Source of the DNA: Abditibacteriaceae bacterium
GTDB taxonomy: Bacteria > Armatimonadota > Abditibacteriia > Abditibacteriales > Abditibacteriaceae
Reading direction: 5' to 3'
NCBI GenBank assembly: GCA_031372065.1
Contig: JANMKN010000230.1
Coordinates: forward strand, 1 to 22,381
DNA: 22,381 nt
A program made the position numbers and the translations under genes. Of the stretch, positions 1-8,068 are shown piece by piece. Within the stretch, counting starts at the first letter, position 1. The number at the start of each line of letters is the position of its first letter. The notes under the pieces are model-generated. The model had not been told where the DNA came from, searched no databases, and saw only the letters and a program-made list of their open reading frames with translations.

Positions 1-30
1 TTGACATATCCAACAACATCAATCTACAAT
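1..30 (+). promoter_or_regulatory. Sigma70-type promoter for the leader/sulfate operon
   Basis: TTGACA (1-6), 18-bp spacer, TACAAT (25-30), oriented towards the leader ORF and sbp. Confidence 0.65.
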
Positions 31-171
31 CTTCCCGTTAATCCCACCTCTAAGGTGGTTTAACAAAGAAAAAGAGTCAGAATTTCCGGTTCAGCGCGTA
101 AAAATTGCCTAAAAAACGCTAAAGCGCGCTGACAATCGGACTTTAGACTATCCGCGATGCGGACAAAACAC

Positions 172-324
172 ATGAAACACGACCTGCGCCCTTTCAACAG
201 CACTATGACTTACGCCACCGGCACGTTTTGCCGCACGGCGATGTGTTGCTGCTGTTGTCTGAGGCCGACGGCGTGGTTGATGAAAATGCAAAATAGCGCA
301 TTCGCTGCTTTTTTCATCGCTTGA
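172..324 (+). CDS. Polycysteine leader peptide (putative cysteine attenuator uORF 1)
   Basis: Manual translation: MKHDLRPFNSTMTYATGTFCRTAMCCCCCLRPTAWLMKMQNSAFAAFFIA*. Five consecutive Cys codons at 244-258, one more Cys at 229-231, TGA at 322-324. Other in-frame ATGs lie at 157, 205 and 241, so the true start is uncertain. Sits upstream of the sulfate transporter. Confidence 0.8.
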   Translation: MKHDLRPFNSTMTYATGTFCRTAMCCCCCLRPTAWLMKMQNSAFAAFFIA

Positions 325-369
325 TCCTCCCACGTCCGTCGGCTGTTCCGGCGGATTTCGCTGTTTCTT
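264..369 (+). promoter_or_regulatory. Attenuator 1: competing antiterminator and terminator-like hairpin
   Basis: GCCGACGGCGTGG (264-276) pairs with CCACG-T-CCGTCGGC (330-343): 13 bp with one bulge. The competing hairpin TCCGTCGG-ctgtt-CCGGCGGA (335-355) is followed by TTTCGCTGTTTCTT, an imperfect U-tract. Both structures use 336-342. Confidence 0.7.
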
Positions 370-515
370 GACTTCCAAGAACGCAACGCAAACTCCTTCC
401 GCCCTTTATTACCTACCCCAGACCTGTGATTTAACGCCCGGTGCGAAATCACGACAGACCCGGCGATGAAAATTATCGCCCGCACGATTCAGATTTAAAT
501 TTCAACGGAGACACC

Positions 516-1613
516 ATGTCCAACTTTTTCAACAAAAATTCAAGCGAAGGCCCAACTCGCGTTCATCATTCGCGAGTGCGCTCACTCAAACTCATCGTGG
601 CCAGTTACGGCATTGCTTTGGCGGCGCTGACTTTCAACACACAAAAGCAAGATGCACTTTTGAAACCGGCTTGGGCGGCTGGCTCGCAAACACTGCTTAA
701 CGTCAGCTACGATCCAACCCGCGAGTTGTATCAGGATTTTAACAAGTCGTTTGCGGCCTACTGGAAGAAGAAAACCGGGGCCGATTTGACGGTGAAGCAG
801 TCGCACGGCGGTTCGGGCAAGCAAGCGCGTTCGGTAGTGGACGGCTTGGGCGCCGACGTGGTAACGCTGGCGCTTGGTTATGACATTGACGCCATCTCGG
901 ATGCCGGTTTGATCGCGCCGAACTGGCAGCGCCGCCTGCCAAACGGCAGCGCGCCTTACACCTCGACGATTGTTTTCTTGGTGCGCAAGGGCAATCCCAA
1001 GAAGATCAATGACTGGAATGACTTGGTGCGTCCCGGCGTGAAAGTGATTACGCCCAATCCCAAAACCTCAGGCGGCGCGCGCTGGAATTATTTGGCGGCG
1101 TGGGGCTATGCGTTGCAGCATAACAACAATAATCCGGCAGCGGCCAAGGCGTTCGTCACGAAATTGTATAAAAACGTGCCGGTTCTCGATTCGGGAGCGC
1201 GTGGCGCGACGACGACTTTCGTAGAGCGCGGCATCGGCGACGTGCTGCTGGCGTGGGAAAACGAAGCGGTGCTTTCGGTGAAGGAACTGGGCGTTGGCAA
1301 GTTTCAAATCGTGACGCCTTCGGTTAGCATTTTGGCCGAGCCGACAGTGTCCGTCGTGGACAAAGTGGCGGCCAAGCACGGCAACACGGCGGTGGCGCAG
1401 GCGTATTTGAAGTATCTTTACACACCTTACGGGCAGGAAATCGCGGCGCGCAATTATTATCGCCCGCGCTCGGCAGCCGTTAAGAAGCGCTACGCCAAGC
1501 AGTTCCCGAACGTGAAATTGTTCACCTTGGCGCAGTATTTTGGCAACTGGCGCAAGGCGCAGAAGACGCATTTTGCCGATGGCGGCGTCTTCGACCAGAT
1601 TTACCAGCCGTAA
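516..1613 (+). CDS. sbp: Sulfate ABC transporter substrate-binding protein
   Basis: Motifs [42 protein letters not shown] and [12 protein letters not shown]. Start moved to ATG 516 because GGAG lies at 507-510. Confidence 0.96.
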   Translation: MSNFFNKNSSEGPTRVHHSRVRSLKLIVASYGIALAALTFNTQKQDALLKPAWAAGSQTLLNVSYDPTRELYQDFNKSFAAYWKKKTGADLTVKQSHGGSGKQARSVVDGLGADVVTLALGYDIDAISDAGLIAPNWQRRLPNGSAPYTSTIVFLVRKGNPKKINDWNDLVRPGVKVITPNPKTSGGARWNYLAAWGYALQHNNNNPAAAKAFVTKLYKNVPVLDSGARGATTTFVERGIGDVLLAWENEAVLSVKELGVGKFQIVTPSVSILAEPTVSVVDKVAAKHGNTAVAQAYLKYLYTPYGQEIAARNYYRPRSAAVKKRYAKQFPNVKLFTLAQYFGNWRKAQKTHFADGGVFDQIYQP

Positions 1614-1619
1614 TTGCCC

Positions 1620-2031
1620 ATCCGCTGACCTGAACGTTCGATTTCTCGACTTGAACGGGCTATCCGCTAACCTGAAAGTTCGATCCGCTGACCTGAACGG
1701 GTCATCCGACGACCTGAATCTGCCTTCCGACGCCAGCGGATGACCCGTTCAGGTCGTCGGATCGAAGTCTCAGGCCGTCGGATCGAAGTTTCAGGTCACT
1801 GGATCGAAGTTTCAGGTCACTGGATCGAAGTTTCAGGGCGTCGGATCGAACTTTCGGGTCAGCGGATCGAAGTTTCAGGTCACTGGATCGAACTTTCAGG
1901 GCGTCGGATCGAAGTTTCAGGGCGGGAAATCGAAGATTCAGACGCCAAAAAGCAAAATTCAGATGCCAAAGTCACAAGTTCAGGTCAGAAAATGACCTTT
2001 TCAGGTTCAGGTAGAGATTCTTCAGGTTTTT
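1620..2031. repeat. Two inverted arrays of a 21-bp tandem repeat (fold-back element)
   Basis: About 5 units like ATCCGCTGACCTGAACGTTCG (1620-1724), then about 9 clear reverse-complement units like GGATCGAAGTTTCAGGTCACT (1738-1926) and about 5 degenerate units retaining TTCAG up to about 2031. Confidence 0.92.
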
Positions 2032-2034
2032 AGT

Positions 2035-2931
2035 ATGAAAACACAAGCTGCGAAGCGTGTATTGCCCGGTTTTGGATTGTCGCTGGGCTACACCTTGCTT
2101 TATTTGAGCCTCTTGGTGCTGATTCCACTGGCGATGTTGTTCTTCAAAACCGGCGAAATGGGTTGGGATCACTTCGTCAAAGCCGTGAGCGCGCCGCGCG
2201 CTGTGGCTTCCTATAAGTTGAGCATCGGCGCCTCGCTGATTGCGGCGACGATTAATGTGATTTTCGGCGTTTTGGTGGCGTGGGTTTTGGCGCGCTACAC
2301 CTTTCCGGGACGTGCTTTGATGGACGCCATCGTGGATTTGCCTTTTGCCTTGCCGACTTCGGTGGGCGGCATTGCTTTAACCACGCTTTACGCGCCGAAC
2401 GGCTGGATTGGGCAGTATCTTGAAAAATTCAACGGGCTTTCCGAGCATTTGACGTGGCTGCCGCTGGGACTGGGCGCTTATTTTAAGGAATGGGGCTTCA
2501 AAGGCGCTTATTCGCCGCTGGGCATTATCATCGCGCTGATTTTTATCGGTTTGCCGTTCGTAGTGCGCACTGTGCAGCCGGTTTTGCAAGAATTGGACGC
2601 CGAAATCGAAGAAGCCGCCGCCACTTTGGGCGCTGGGCGCTTAGCGATTTTCCGCCGCGTTTTGATGCCCCATCTCTTACCAGCCATTTTGACGGGTTTC
2701 ACGTTAGCTTTTGCCCGCGCATTGGGCGAATACGGCTCGGTGGTCTTTATTTCCGGCAATATGCCGATGAAAACCGAAATCACGCCGCTTTTAATCATTA
2801 CCAAGTTGGAGCAATACGATTATTCCGGCGCGACAGGCATCGCTGTGATGATGCTGCTCGGTTCATTTTCGCTGCTGCTTTTGATTAACGGCCTGCAATG
2901 GTGGAGCGCGCGGAGGTATGGCGCGGTTTAA
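2035..2931 (+). CDS. cysT: Sulfate ABC transporter permease CysT (CysU)
   Basis: [11 protein letters not shown]-terminus, [18 protein letters not shown] loop ([11 protein letters not shown]), [16 protein letters not shown]; operon position. Confidence 0.95.
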   Translation: MKTQAAKRVLPGFGLSLGYTLLYLSLLVLIPLAMLFFKTGEMGWDHFVKAVSAPRAVASYKLSIGASLIAATINVIFGVLVAWVLARYTFPGRALMDAIVDLPFALPTSVGGIALTTLYAPNGWIGQYLEKFNGLSEHLTWLPLGLGAYFKEWGFKGAYSPLGIIIALIFIGLPFVVRTVQPVLQELDAEIEEAAATLGAGRLAIFRRVLMPHLLPAILTGFTLAFARALGEYGSVVFISGNMPMKTEITPLLIITKLEQYDYSGATGIAVMMLLGSFSLLLLINGLQWWSARRYGAV

Positions 2932-2943
2932 TCCCCAATTTCT

Positions 2944-3897
2944 ATGTCCGAACGAATTTTGACTCTACAACCGCAGGTGACGACGCTCGAAGGCGCGGTA
3001 GCCAAAGGCGACGCTTCCGCCTCGAAAAAGACGGCGCAGCCTGTCGCGACGCGGCGCGCGACGACCGAGCCGTGGCCCGTAAAACTGCTGCTGATTCTCA
3101 CCGCTGTGCTGTTTTTACTGGTCTTTTTGGTGGCGCCGCTGTCGCTGGTGTTCATCGAAGCCTTTAAAAAGGGTTTCGAGGTTTACAAAGCCTCTTTGGT
3201 TGACCCCGATGCGCTTTCGGCCATCAAATTGACGCTGCTCACGGCGGCGATTGCGGTGCCGCTCAACACGCTTTTTGGCCTTGCCGCTTCGTGGTTGATC
3301 GCGAACTTTCATTTCCGGGGCAAAAGCGTGCTGCTGACGCTGATTGACCTGCCTTTCGCGGTTTCACCGGTTATTTCGGGCCTGATTTTCATCTTGCTTT
3401 TCGGTGCGCGGGGCACGTTCGGGCCGTGGCTGGAAGCGCACGATTGGAAAATTGTTTTCGCCACGCCGGGCATTATCTTGGCGACGACGTTTGTCACTTT
3501 CCCGTTTGTGGCGCGCGAACTCATTTCGTTTATGCAGGCGCGCGGCACCGAAGAAGAAGAAGCGGCGGTGGTTTTGGGCGCCTCGTTTTGGCAAACCTTT
3601 CGCCGCGTGACGCTGCCCGCTATCAAGTGGCCGCTGCTTTACGGCGTGATTTTGTGCAACGCCCGCGCGATGGGCGAATTCGGCGCGGTTTCCGTCGTTT
3701 CGGGCCACATTCGCGGCGAAACCAACACCATTCCGCTGCAAGTGGAAATTCTTTATAACGAATACAATTTCACCGCTTCTTTCGCCGTCGCCTCGATTTT
3801 AGCGGGCTTGGCGATGGTGACGCTGGTGATTAAAGCCTTCGTGGAGCGCCAAGCGCATCGCGTGCTGGCCGAAGGCGCCAAACAGGAATTAACATGA
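2944..3897 (+). CDS. cysW: Sulfate ABC transporter permease CysW
   Basis: [60 protein letters not shown]. Confidence 0.95.
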   Translation: MSERILTLQPQVTTLEGAVAKGDASASKKTAQPVATRRATTEPWPVKLLLILTAVLFLLVFLVAPLSLVFIEAFKKGFEVYKASLVDPDALSAIKLTLLTAAIAVPLNTLFGLAASWLIANFHFRGKSVLLTLIDLPFAVSPVISGLIFILLFGARGTFGPWLEAHDWKIVFATPGIILATTFVTFPFVARELISFMQARGTEEEEAAVVLGASFWQTFRRVTLPAIKWPLLYGVILCNARAMGEFGAVSVVSGHIRGETNTIPLQVEILYNEYNFTASFAVASILAGLAMVTLVIKAFVERQAHRVLAEGAKQELT

Positions 3898-4979
3898 CCA
3901 TTCACGTTGAAAATATCAGCAAACATTACGGCGCCTTTCGCGCCTTGGAAAATGTCAGTCTTGATGTGCCGCCCGGCGAACTGACGGCGTTGTTGGGGCC
4001 GTCGGGCAGCGGCAAAACCACGTTGCTGCGTATTATCGCCGGTTTGGAGTCGCCCGATAGCGGCAGAATTCGCTACGAAGGCAGCGATGTCACTAAAAGC
4101 GCCGTGCGCGAGCGTAACGTTGGCTTTGTCTTTCAACATTACGCGCTGTTCGGTCACATGACGATTTTCGAAAACATCGCTTTTGGCCTGCGTGTGCGCA
4201 AATGGAAAAAGGACGCCATCGAAAGCCGCGTGACGGAATTGCTCAAGCTGATTCAACTCGAAGGTTTGGGCAAGCGTTTTCCCTCGCAGTTATCGGGCGG
4301 ACAGCGACAGCGTGTCGCTTTGGCCCGCGCTTTGGCGCCGCAACCGCAGATTTTGCTGCTCGACGAGCCATTTGGCGCGCTGGATGCCAAAGTGCGACAA
4401 GAATTGCGCCGCTGGCTGCGCCGTTTGCACGATGAAATCGGCATGACCAGCCTGTTTGTGACGCACGATCAGGAAGAAGCCTTTGAAGTGGCTGACCGCG
4501 TAGTCGTGATGAACAAAGGCCACATCGAACAAAATGGCGCGCCGGATGATGTTTTCGCGCAACCAGCCAACGCGTTCGTCATGGACTTTTTGGGCAACGT
4601 GAATGTGTTTCATGGCCGCGCCGCAGCGGGCCAAGTGCAAGCGGGCGGGTTTGCCCTGCCCTTTCCCGAATATTCCCACAGCGACGCGCAACCCGCGACG
4701 GCTTATGTGCGCCCGCATGAAATGGATATTGATCGCAAGCCGCACGGCGAACAATCGGTTTCAGCCCGCATCGCGCGCATCAATCGCAGCGGGCCTTTGG
4801 TGAAGTTGTCTTTGGTGGGCGCCGACGATGAAACGCAGGTCAACGTCGAAATTGACCACGCGCGCGACCGCGAATTGAATCTGAATGTGGATGACACCGT
4901 TTATCTCTATCCGCATCATGTCCGCGTTTTTCTGCCGGAAAACAACGTGAAAAGCGCCACCCAAGTCGCTGCCAAATGA
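3894..4979 (+). CDS. cysA: Sulfate ABC transporter ATP-binding protein CysA
   Basis: Walker [23 protein letters not shown] signature, [24 protein letters not shown]-terminal TOBE-like region. ATGA overlap with the cysW stop. Confidence 0.95.
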   Translation: MTIHVENISKHYGAFRALENVSLDVPPGELTALLGPSGSGKTTLLRIIAGLESPDSGRIRYEGSDVTKSAVRERNVGFVFQHYALFGHMTIFENIAFGLRVRKWKKDAIESRVTELLKLIQLEGLGKRFPSQLSGGQRQRVALARALAPQPQILLLDEPFGALDAKVRQELRRWLRRLHDEIGMTSLFVTHDQEEAFEVADRVVVMNKGHIEQNGAPDDVFAQPANAFVMDFLGNVNVFHGRAAAGQVQAGGFALPFPEYSHSDAQPATAYVRPHEMDIDRKPHGEQSVSARIARINRSGPLVKLSLVGADDETQVNVEIDHARDRELNLNVDDTVYLYPHHVRVFLPENNVKSATQVAAK

Positions 4980-4987
4980 GAATTTCC

Positions 4988-5086
4988 ATGACCACGCTTG
5001 CTTTTTCGCCCTTTAATCGCTGTCTGTGTTGCATCTGTTTGTGTTTGTGGCCGACCACAAGGCAAAGGAGTTCGCACAGGTTTTAA
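4988..5086 (+). CDS. Cys-rich leader peptide (putative cysteine attenuator uORF 2)
   Basis: ATG 4988, 8 nt after the cysA stop: MTTLAFSPFNRCLCCICLCLWPTTRQRSSHRF*. Five Cys in 8 codons (5021-5044), TAA at 5084-5086. Confidence 0.75.
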   Translation: MTTLAFSPFNRCLCCICLCLWPTTRQRSSHRF

Positions 5087-5127
5087 CCCACATCAAAGAC
5101 CTGTTAGAACATTGATTTCTTTCCTGC

Positions 5128-5169
5128 GCGCCGGCTGCTTTACAATAAACAGCAACCGGCGCCTTTTTT
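5128..5169 (+). terminator. Intrinsic terminator between uORF2 and the porin (attenuator 2)
   Basis: GCGCCGGCTGCT (5128-5139) / AGCAACCGGCGC (5151-5162), 11 of 12 pairs, then C-TTTTTT. The 5' arm can instead pair with GTGGCCGAC (5047-5055). Confidence 0.75.
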
Positions 5170-5234
5170 GTGCCGGACAGCTTACTTTCGCCGCAAAAAC
5201 CTAAAACTTGTCGTATCAGAAATCAGGAGAAACC

Positions 5235-6467
5235 ATGCACCATCAAGATCGCCCCGCGACACGGGGCCTCACAACTTTAGCCGCGCTGGGCCTTTTTAAC
5301 GTAGCATTACCCGCGCAGGCACAACAAAGCGAAGTCGAGGCCTTGCGCGCCATCATCGGTGACCTTCAGGCCCGTTTGAGCAAACTCGAAGAAGCACAAA
5401 GCAGCGCCGCTGCTGCCGCCAAAACCGCACCCAAAACGGTCACCGCCAAAAGTGCGCCCATCACGGTTTCTGGCAATTTCCAGATTCATGGCTTGGCCTA
5501 TTTCAATCAAAAAGGGCCGGGCGCGAAAGTGCCGGACACTTTCCGCCTGCGCCGCAGCGACATTCGCCTGACCGCGCAAATCACGCCCAAAATTGTGGGC
5601 ACGGTGCAACTTGACCCGGCGAAAAGCCTCAACTTGAACGCGTCGGGCACCGCCATCAACCAAACCGGCAACGTATTACAAGAGTTGACTTTGATTTATC
5701 AGTTGCAAAAGTCGGCCAAAGGCGCCAATTACATAGATGTCGGCCAGTTCAAGATTCCCATCGGTTACGAAGGCGACCTTTTGGCATCATCAGCCATTCC
5801 CAATGTTGAACGCGCCCTGCTCTTCACGCAGCGCGATCCCTTTGGCGGCGGCTATGGCGACATCCGCGAAACCGGCGCGCGATTGCGCGGCACTTCGGGC
5901 GAATTCGGTTATGATCTGGGCATTTTCAACGGCTTCGGCGACCGCCAAAACGCTTTGGCGACCAGCGATCAAAAAGCGGTCATCGGGCGCTTGATTTACA
6001 CCCCGAAATCGCTGAAAAATGCCCTGCAACTCGGCCTCAGCGGCGGCACCGGCAGTCCCGGCAACACCAGCCGCGACATCGTAAACGCTTTTGCGGTTTA
6101 CAAGAAAAGCAAACTGACGCTGCAATCGGAATATCTCGACGGCAAAACGCAAGGTTTGTTGGGCGCGCCGCCTGCCGCCACAACGCGTGACGTGAAAGGC
6201 TATTACGGCCACGTCGGTTATTTCTTCGCGCCGAAACTGGAAGGTATCGCGCGCTACGATTATTTCAACACAGACAAAAACGTCGCGAACGCCGACGCGA
6301 CCGACATCACGTTGGGCGCCAATTATTACATCAAGGGCAACAACGCCAAAATCCAGTTGAATCTGGTGCGTCGCGACGGCAATCCTGCCGCCAAAACCGG
6401 CAACGGCGCTGGCGATTTGCGCAATGACCGCTACGAACTGCGCACCAATTTCCAAGTCGCCTTTTAA
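5235..6467 (+). CDS. OprO/OprP-like anion-selective outer-membrane porin, probably for sulfate
   Basis: Signal peptide ending AQA, short N-terminal coiled coil, FRLRR, GQFKIPIGYE and VER motifs of porin O/P, amphipathic beta strands, C-terminal Phe. AGGAG precedes ATG 5235. Confidence 0.8.
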   Translation: MHHQDRPATRGLTTLAALGLFNVALPAQAQQSEVEALRAIIGDLQARLSKLEEAQSSAAAAAKTAPKTVTAKSAPITVSGNFQIHGLAYFNQKGPGAKVPDTFRLRRSDIRLTAQITPKIVGTVQLDPAKSLNLNASGTAINQTGNVLQELTLIYQLQKSAKGANYIDVGQFKIPIGYEGDLLASSAIPNVERALLFTQRDPFGGGYGDIRETGARLRGTSGEFGYDLGIFNGFGDRQNALATSDQKAVIGRLIYTPKSLKNALQLGLSGGTGSPGNTSRDIVNAFAVYKKSKLTLQSEYLDGKTQGLLGAPPAATTRDVKGYYGHVGYFFAPKLEGIARYDYFNTDKNVANADATDITLGANYYIKGNNAKIQLNLVRRDGNPAAKTGNGAGDLRNDRYELRTNFQVAF

Positions 6468-6480
6468 TCGTTTCGATCTG

Positions 6481-6522
6481 CAACGCCCGCTGCTTCAGGG
6501 AAGCAGCGGGCGTTGTGTTTTT
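6481..6522 (+). terminator. Intrinsic terminator ending the sulfate operon
   Basis: Perfect 16-bp stem CAACGCCCGCTGCTTC-agg-GAAGCAGCGGGCGTTG followed by TGTTTTT. Confidence 0.88.
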
Positions 6523-6603
6523 CCGCAGATTAAACTTCGCGGTGACTTTTTTCGTCGCGGCACGGTCTAAAAACGACAAGTTCGAAAGTCAGTATTCAAC
6601 GCC

Positions 6604-7932
6604 ATGCGCGTCTCACGAAGTCCTCTACCCTTTTTCTGCGCGCCGCTTTTGCTTTTTGTCGGTTGCGCGCCCAAAGCCAGCACGCTGTTGCCCGGCAGCT
6701 AATTTTTGCGCGACAAGCAGCAGCGCGCCGCCGAGACAAAAACAGAAAGCATCGCCGATAAATTGCCCGTCGGCACGCCGCAGCCTGCCTTTATTGATGT
6801 TTCGGCATTGGCAAAGCGTCTGCCCTCGTGGAAATTGGCCCAGCAATTGGAAAAGGGCGGTCAAAACGTGCGTTTTTCGGCCATTGACGCGCCGCAAGCA
6901 CCCCGCGCCTTGCAACTTCAAAGCGCACCGTCCGAAAAGCCAAGCGGCAGTTTGCCACGTCCGGCAGGTGAAATTGACGAACCAATGAACGGCACTGGCG
7001 CTTTTGAGCGCGCGCCGCTTCGTGTGGCCGCGCGCGATGCCGCACCGCTCGAAAATCAGGCCCGCCAGCGGCAGGAAGGCACACTGGAAGCGTTTTTGAC
7101 TGACGTAGCTCATCAACAAGACGCCACTCGTGCCGATGACAAGATGAGCCTGCGCGCCGAATTGGAAGACGAAATCGAAGCGACACAACGTTTGGCTTTA
7201 GCCAGTCTGGAGCCGCTTTTGCCACCGCCCGCGATTCAATTGGAAATGACCAATCTGCGCATCCAACTGTTGCCCAATTCGGCCCCTACCGAAGCCGAAC
7301 GACAACAAGCCGCCGCGCGTTTGGAGCAACTCGAAGCCGAATGGCGCACGCAATTGCGCGCACAAGCCAACCAACGTTTTGAAGAATTGCGCCATCTGCT
7401 AACCGAAGTCCCCGTCGAAAAACGCGTGGCTGGTTATCACGAAATTCAAAAAACCTTAAGCGAACGCGCTGTGCGCGACGAAAATCTGCGTAAATTAGTC
7501 GAAAGTGCCCTGCGCGAACGCATCGCCGCCGGTTTCGGCAGCGATGACAGGGCGGCACTTTTCATTCAATTGCCCGGCGCAAAGCTGGCCCCGCAAACAA
7601 TGGGCACCGCCCCAATTTCCCCCGCAGCGGCGCCGTTTAATTTTATTGACAACCAAATTAATTCAAACACGCCCTTGCTTTGGCCGTCTGCCGCCGCGTT
7701 TATCGAAAATGGCGGCGCCGTTTCCAGCGTGGCTTCACGCAGCACGACGCCATTGACCAACACACAAAAGCACGCGGCCACACTGCGGCAACAAGCCTTA
7801 AAAGAAGCTGCGCATTGGGCGAAATCCATCGCACGGCGGCGCAATTGGAGATTGCAAAGCCGACGCACCAGCCCTGCCGGACAAAGCATTCCTGATCGCA
7901 CGGGCGAGGCATTGCAGTTATTGAACTTGTAA
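6604..7932 (+). pseudogene. Long Skp/OmpH-like coiled-coil lipoprotein gene interrupted by an in-frame TAA at 6700-6702
   Basis: ATG 6604 gives MRVSRSPLPFFCAPLLLFVG-C (lipobox-like) APKASTLLPGS*, in frame with the 408-aa ORF 6706-7932. That ORF has Skp-like ends (AFIDVSALAKRLP; IARRRNWRL…PDRTGEALQLL) and precedes lpxD. Confidence 0.55.
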
Positions 7933-7954
7933 CGTGCGCCCTTTTGGTCACTTT

Positions 7955-7963
7955 TGCTATGAT
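7955..7963 (+). promoter_or_regulatory. Possible extended -10 promoter for lpxD
   Basis: TG-C-TATGAT about 105 bp upstream of the lpxD ATG. Confidence 0.4.
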
Positions 7964-8068
7964 AGCCCTAAGATAGAAGGGGAGCAAGGATTGCTTGCAC
8001 CCTGTAAACTCAGGGCAATTTGGAGAAGGGAGTGCCTCAAGGCAATGCCTTAGCGGCAAAATATCAAC

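Noticed and set aside
1..30. Rrf2/CymR-type operator over the promoter
   Set aside because: Only a weak TTGA-N14-TCAA dyad, truncated by the window edge, and no regulator gene in view.
148..485. Minus-strand ORFs 148-378 and 210-485
   Set aside because: No recognisable domains; they are antisense to the Cys leader, and the QQQQH run is the reverse complement of the Cys codons.
37..515. SAM riboswitch or Cys T-box in the sbp leader
   Set aside because: No SAM-I core (AUCNAGAG…GCAACC) or T-box sequence (AAUUAGGUGGNACCGCG-like) recognised.
1740..2033. 97-aa SGRRIEV heptad ORF, and ORF 1540-1743
   Set aside because: Best explained as a by-product of a 21-bp DNA repeat present in both orientations; no SD. 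Translation is not strictly excluded.
4998..5204. 68-aa ORF containing CVASVCVC
   Set aside because: TTG start and it runs through the terminator; the ATG-initiated 4988-5086 frame has a tighter Cys cluster and matches leader 1.
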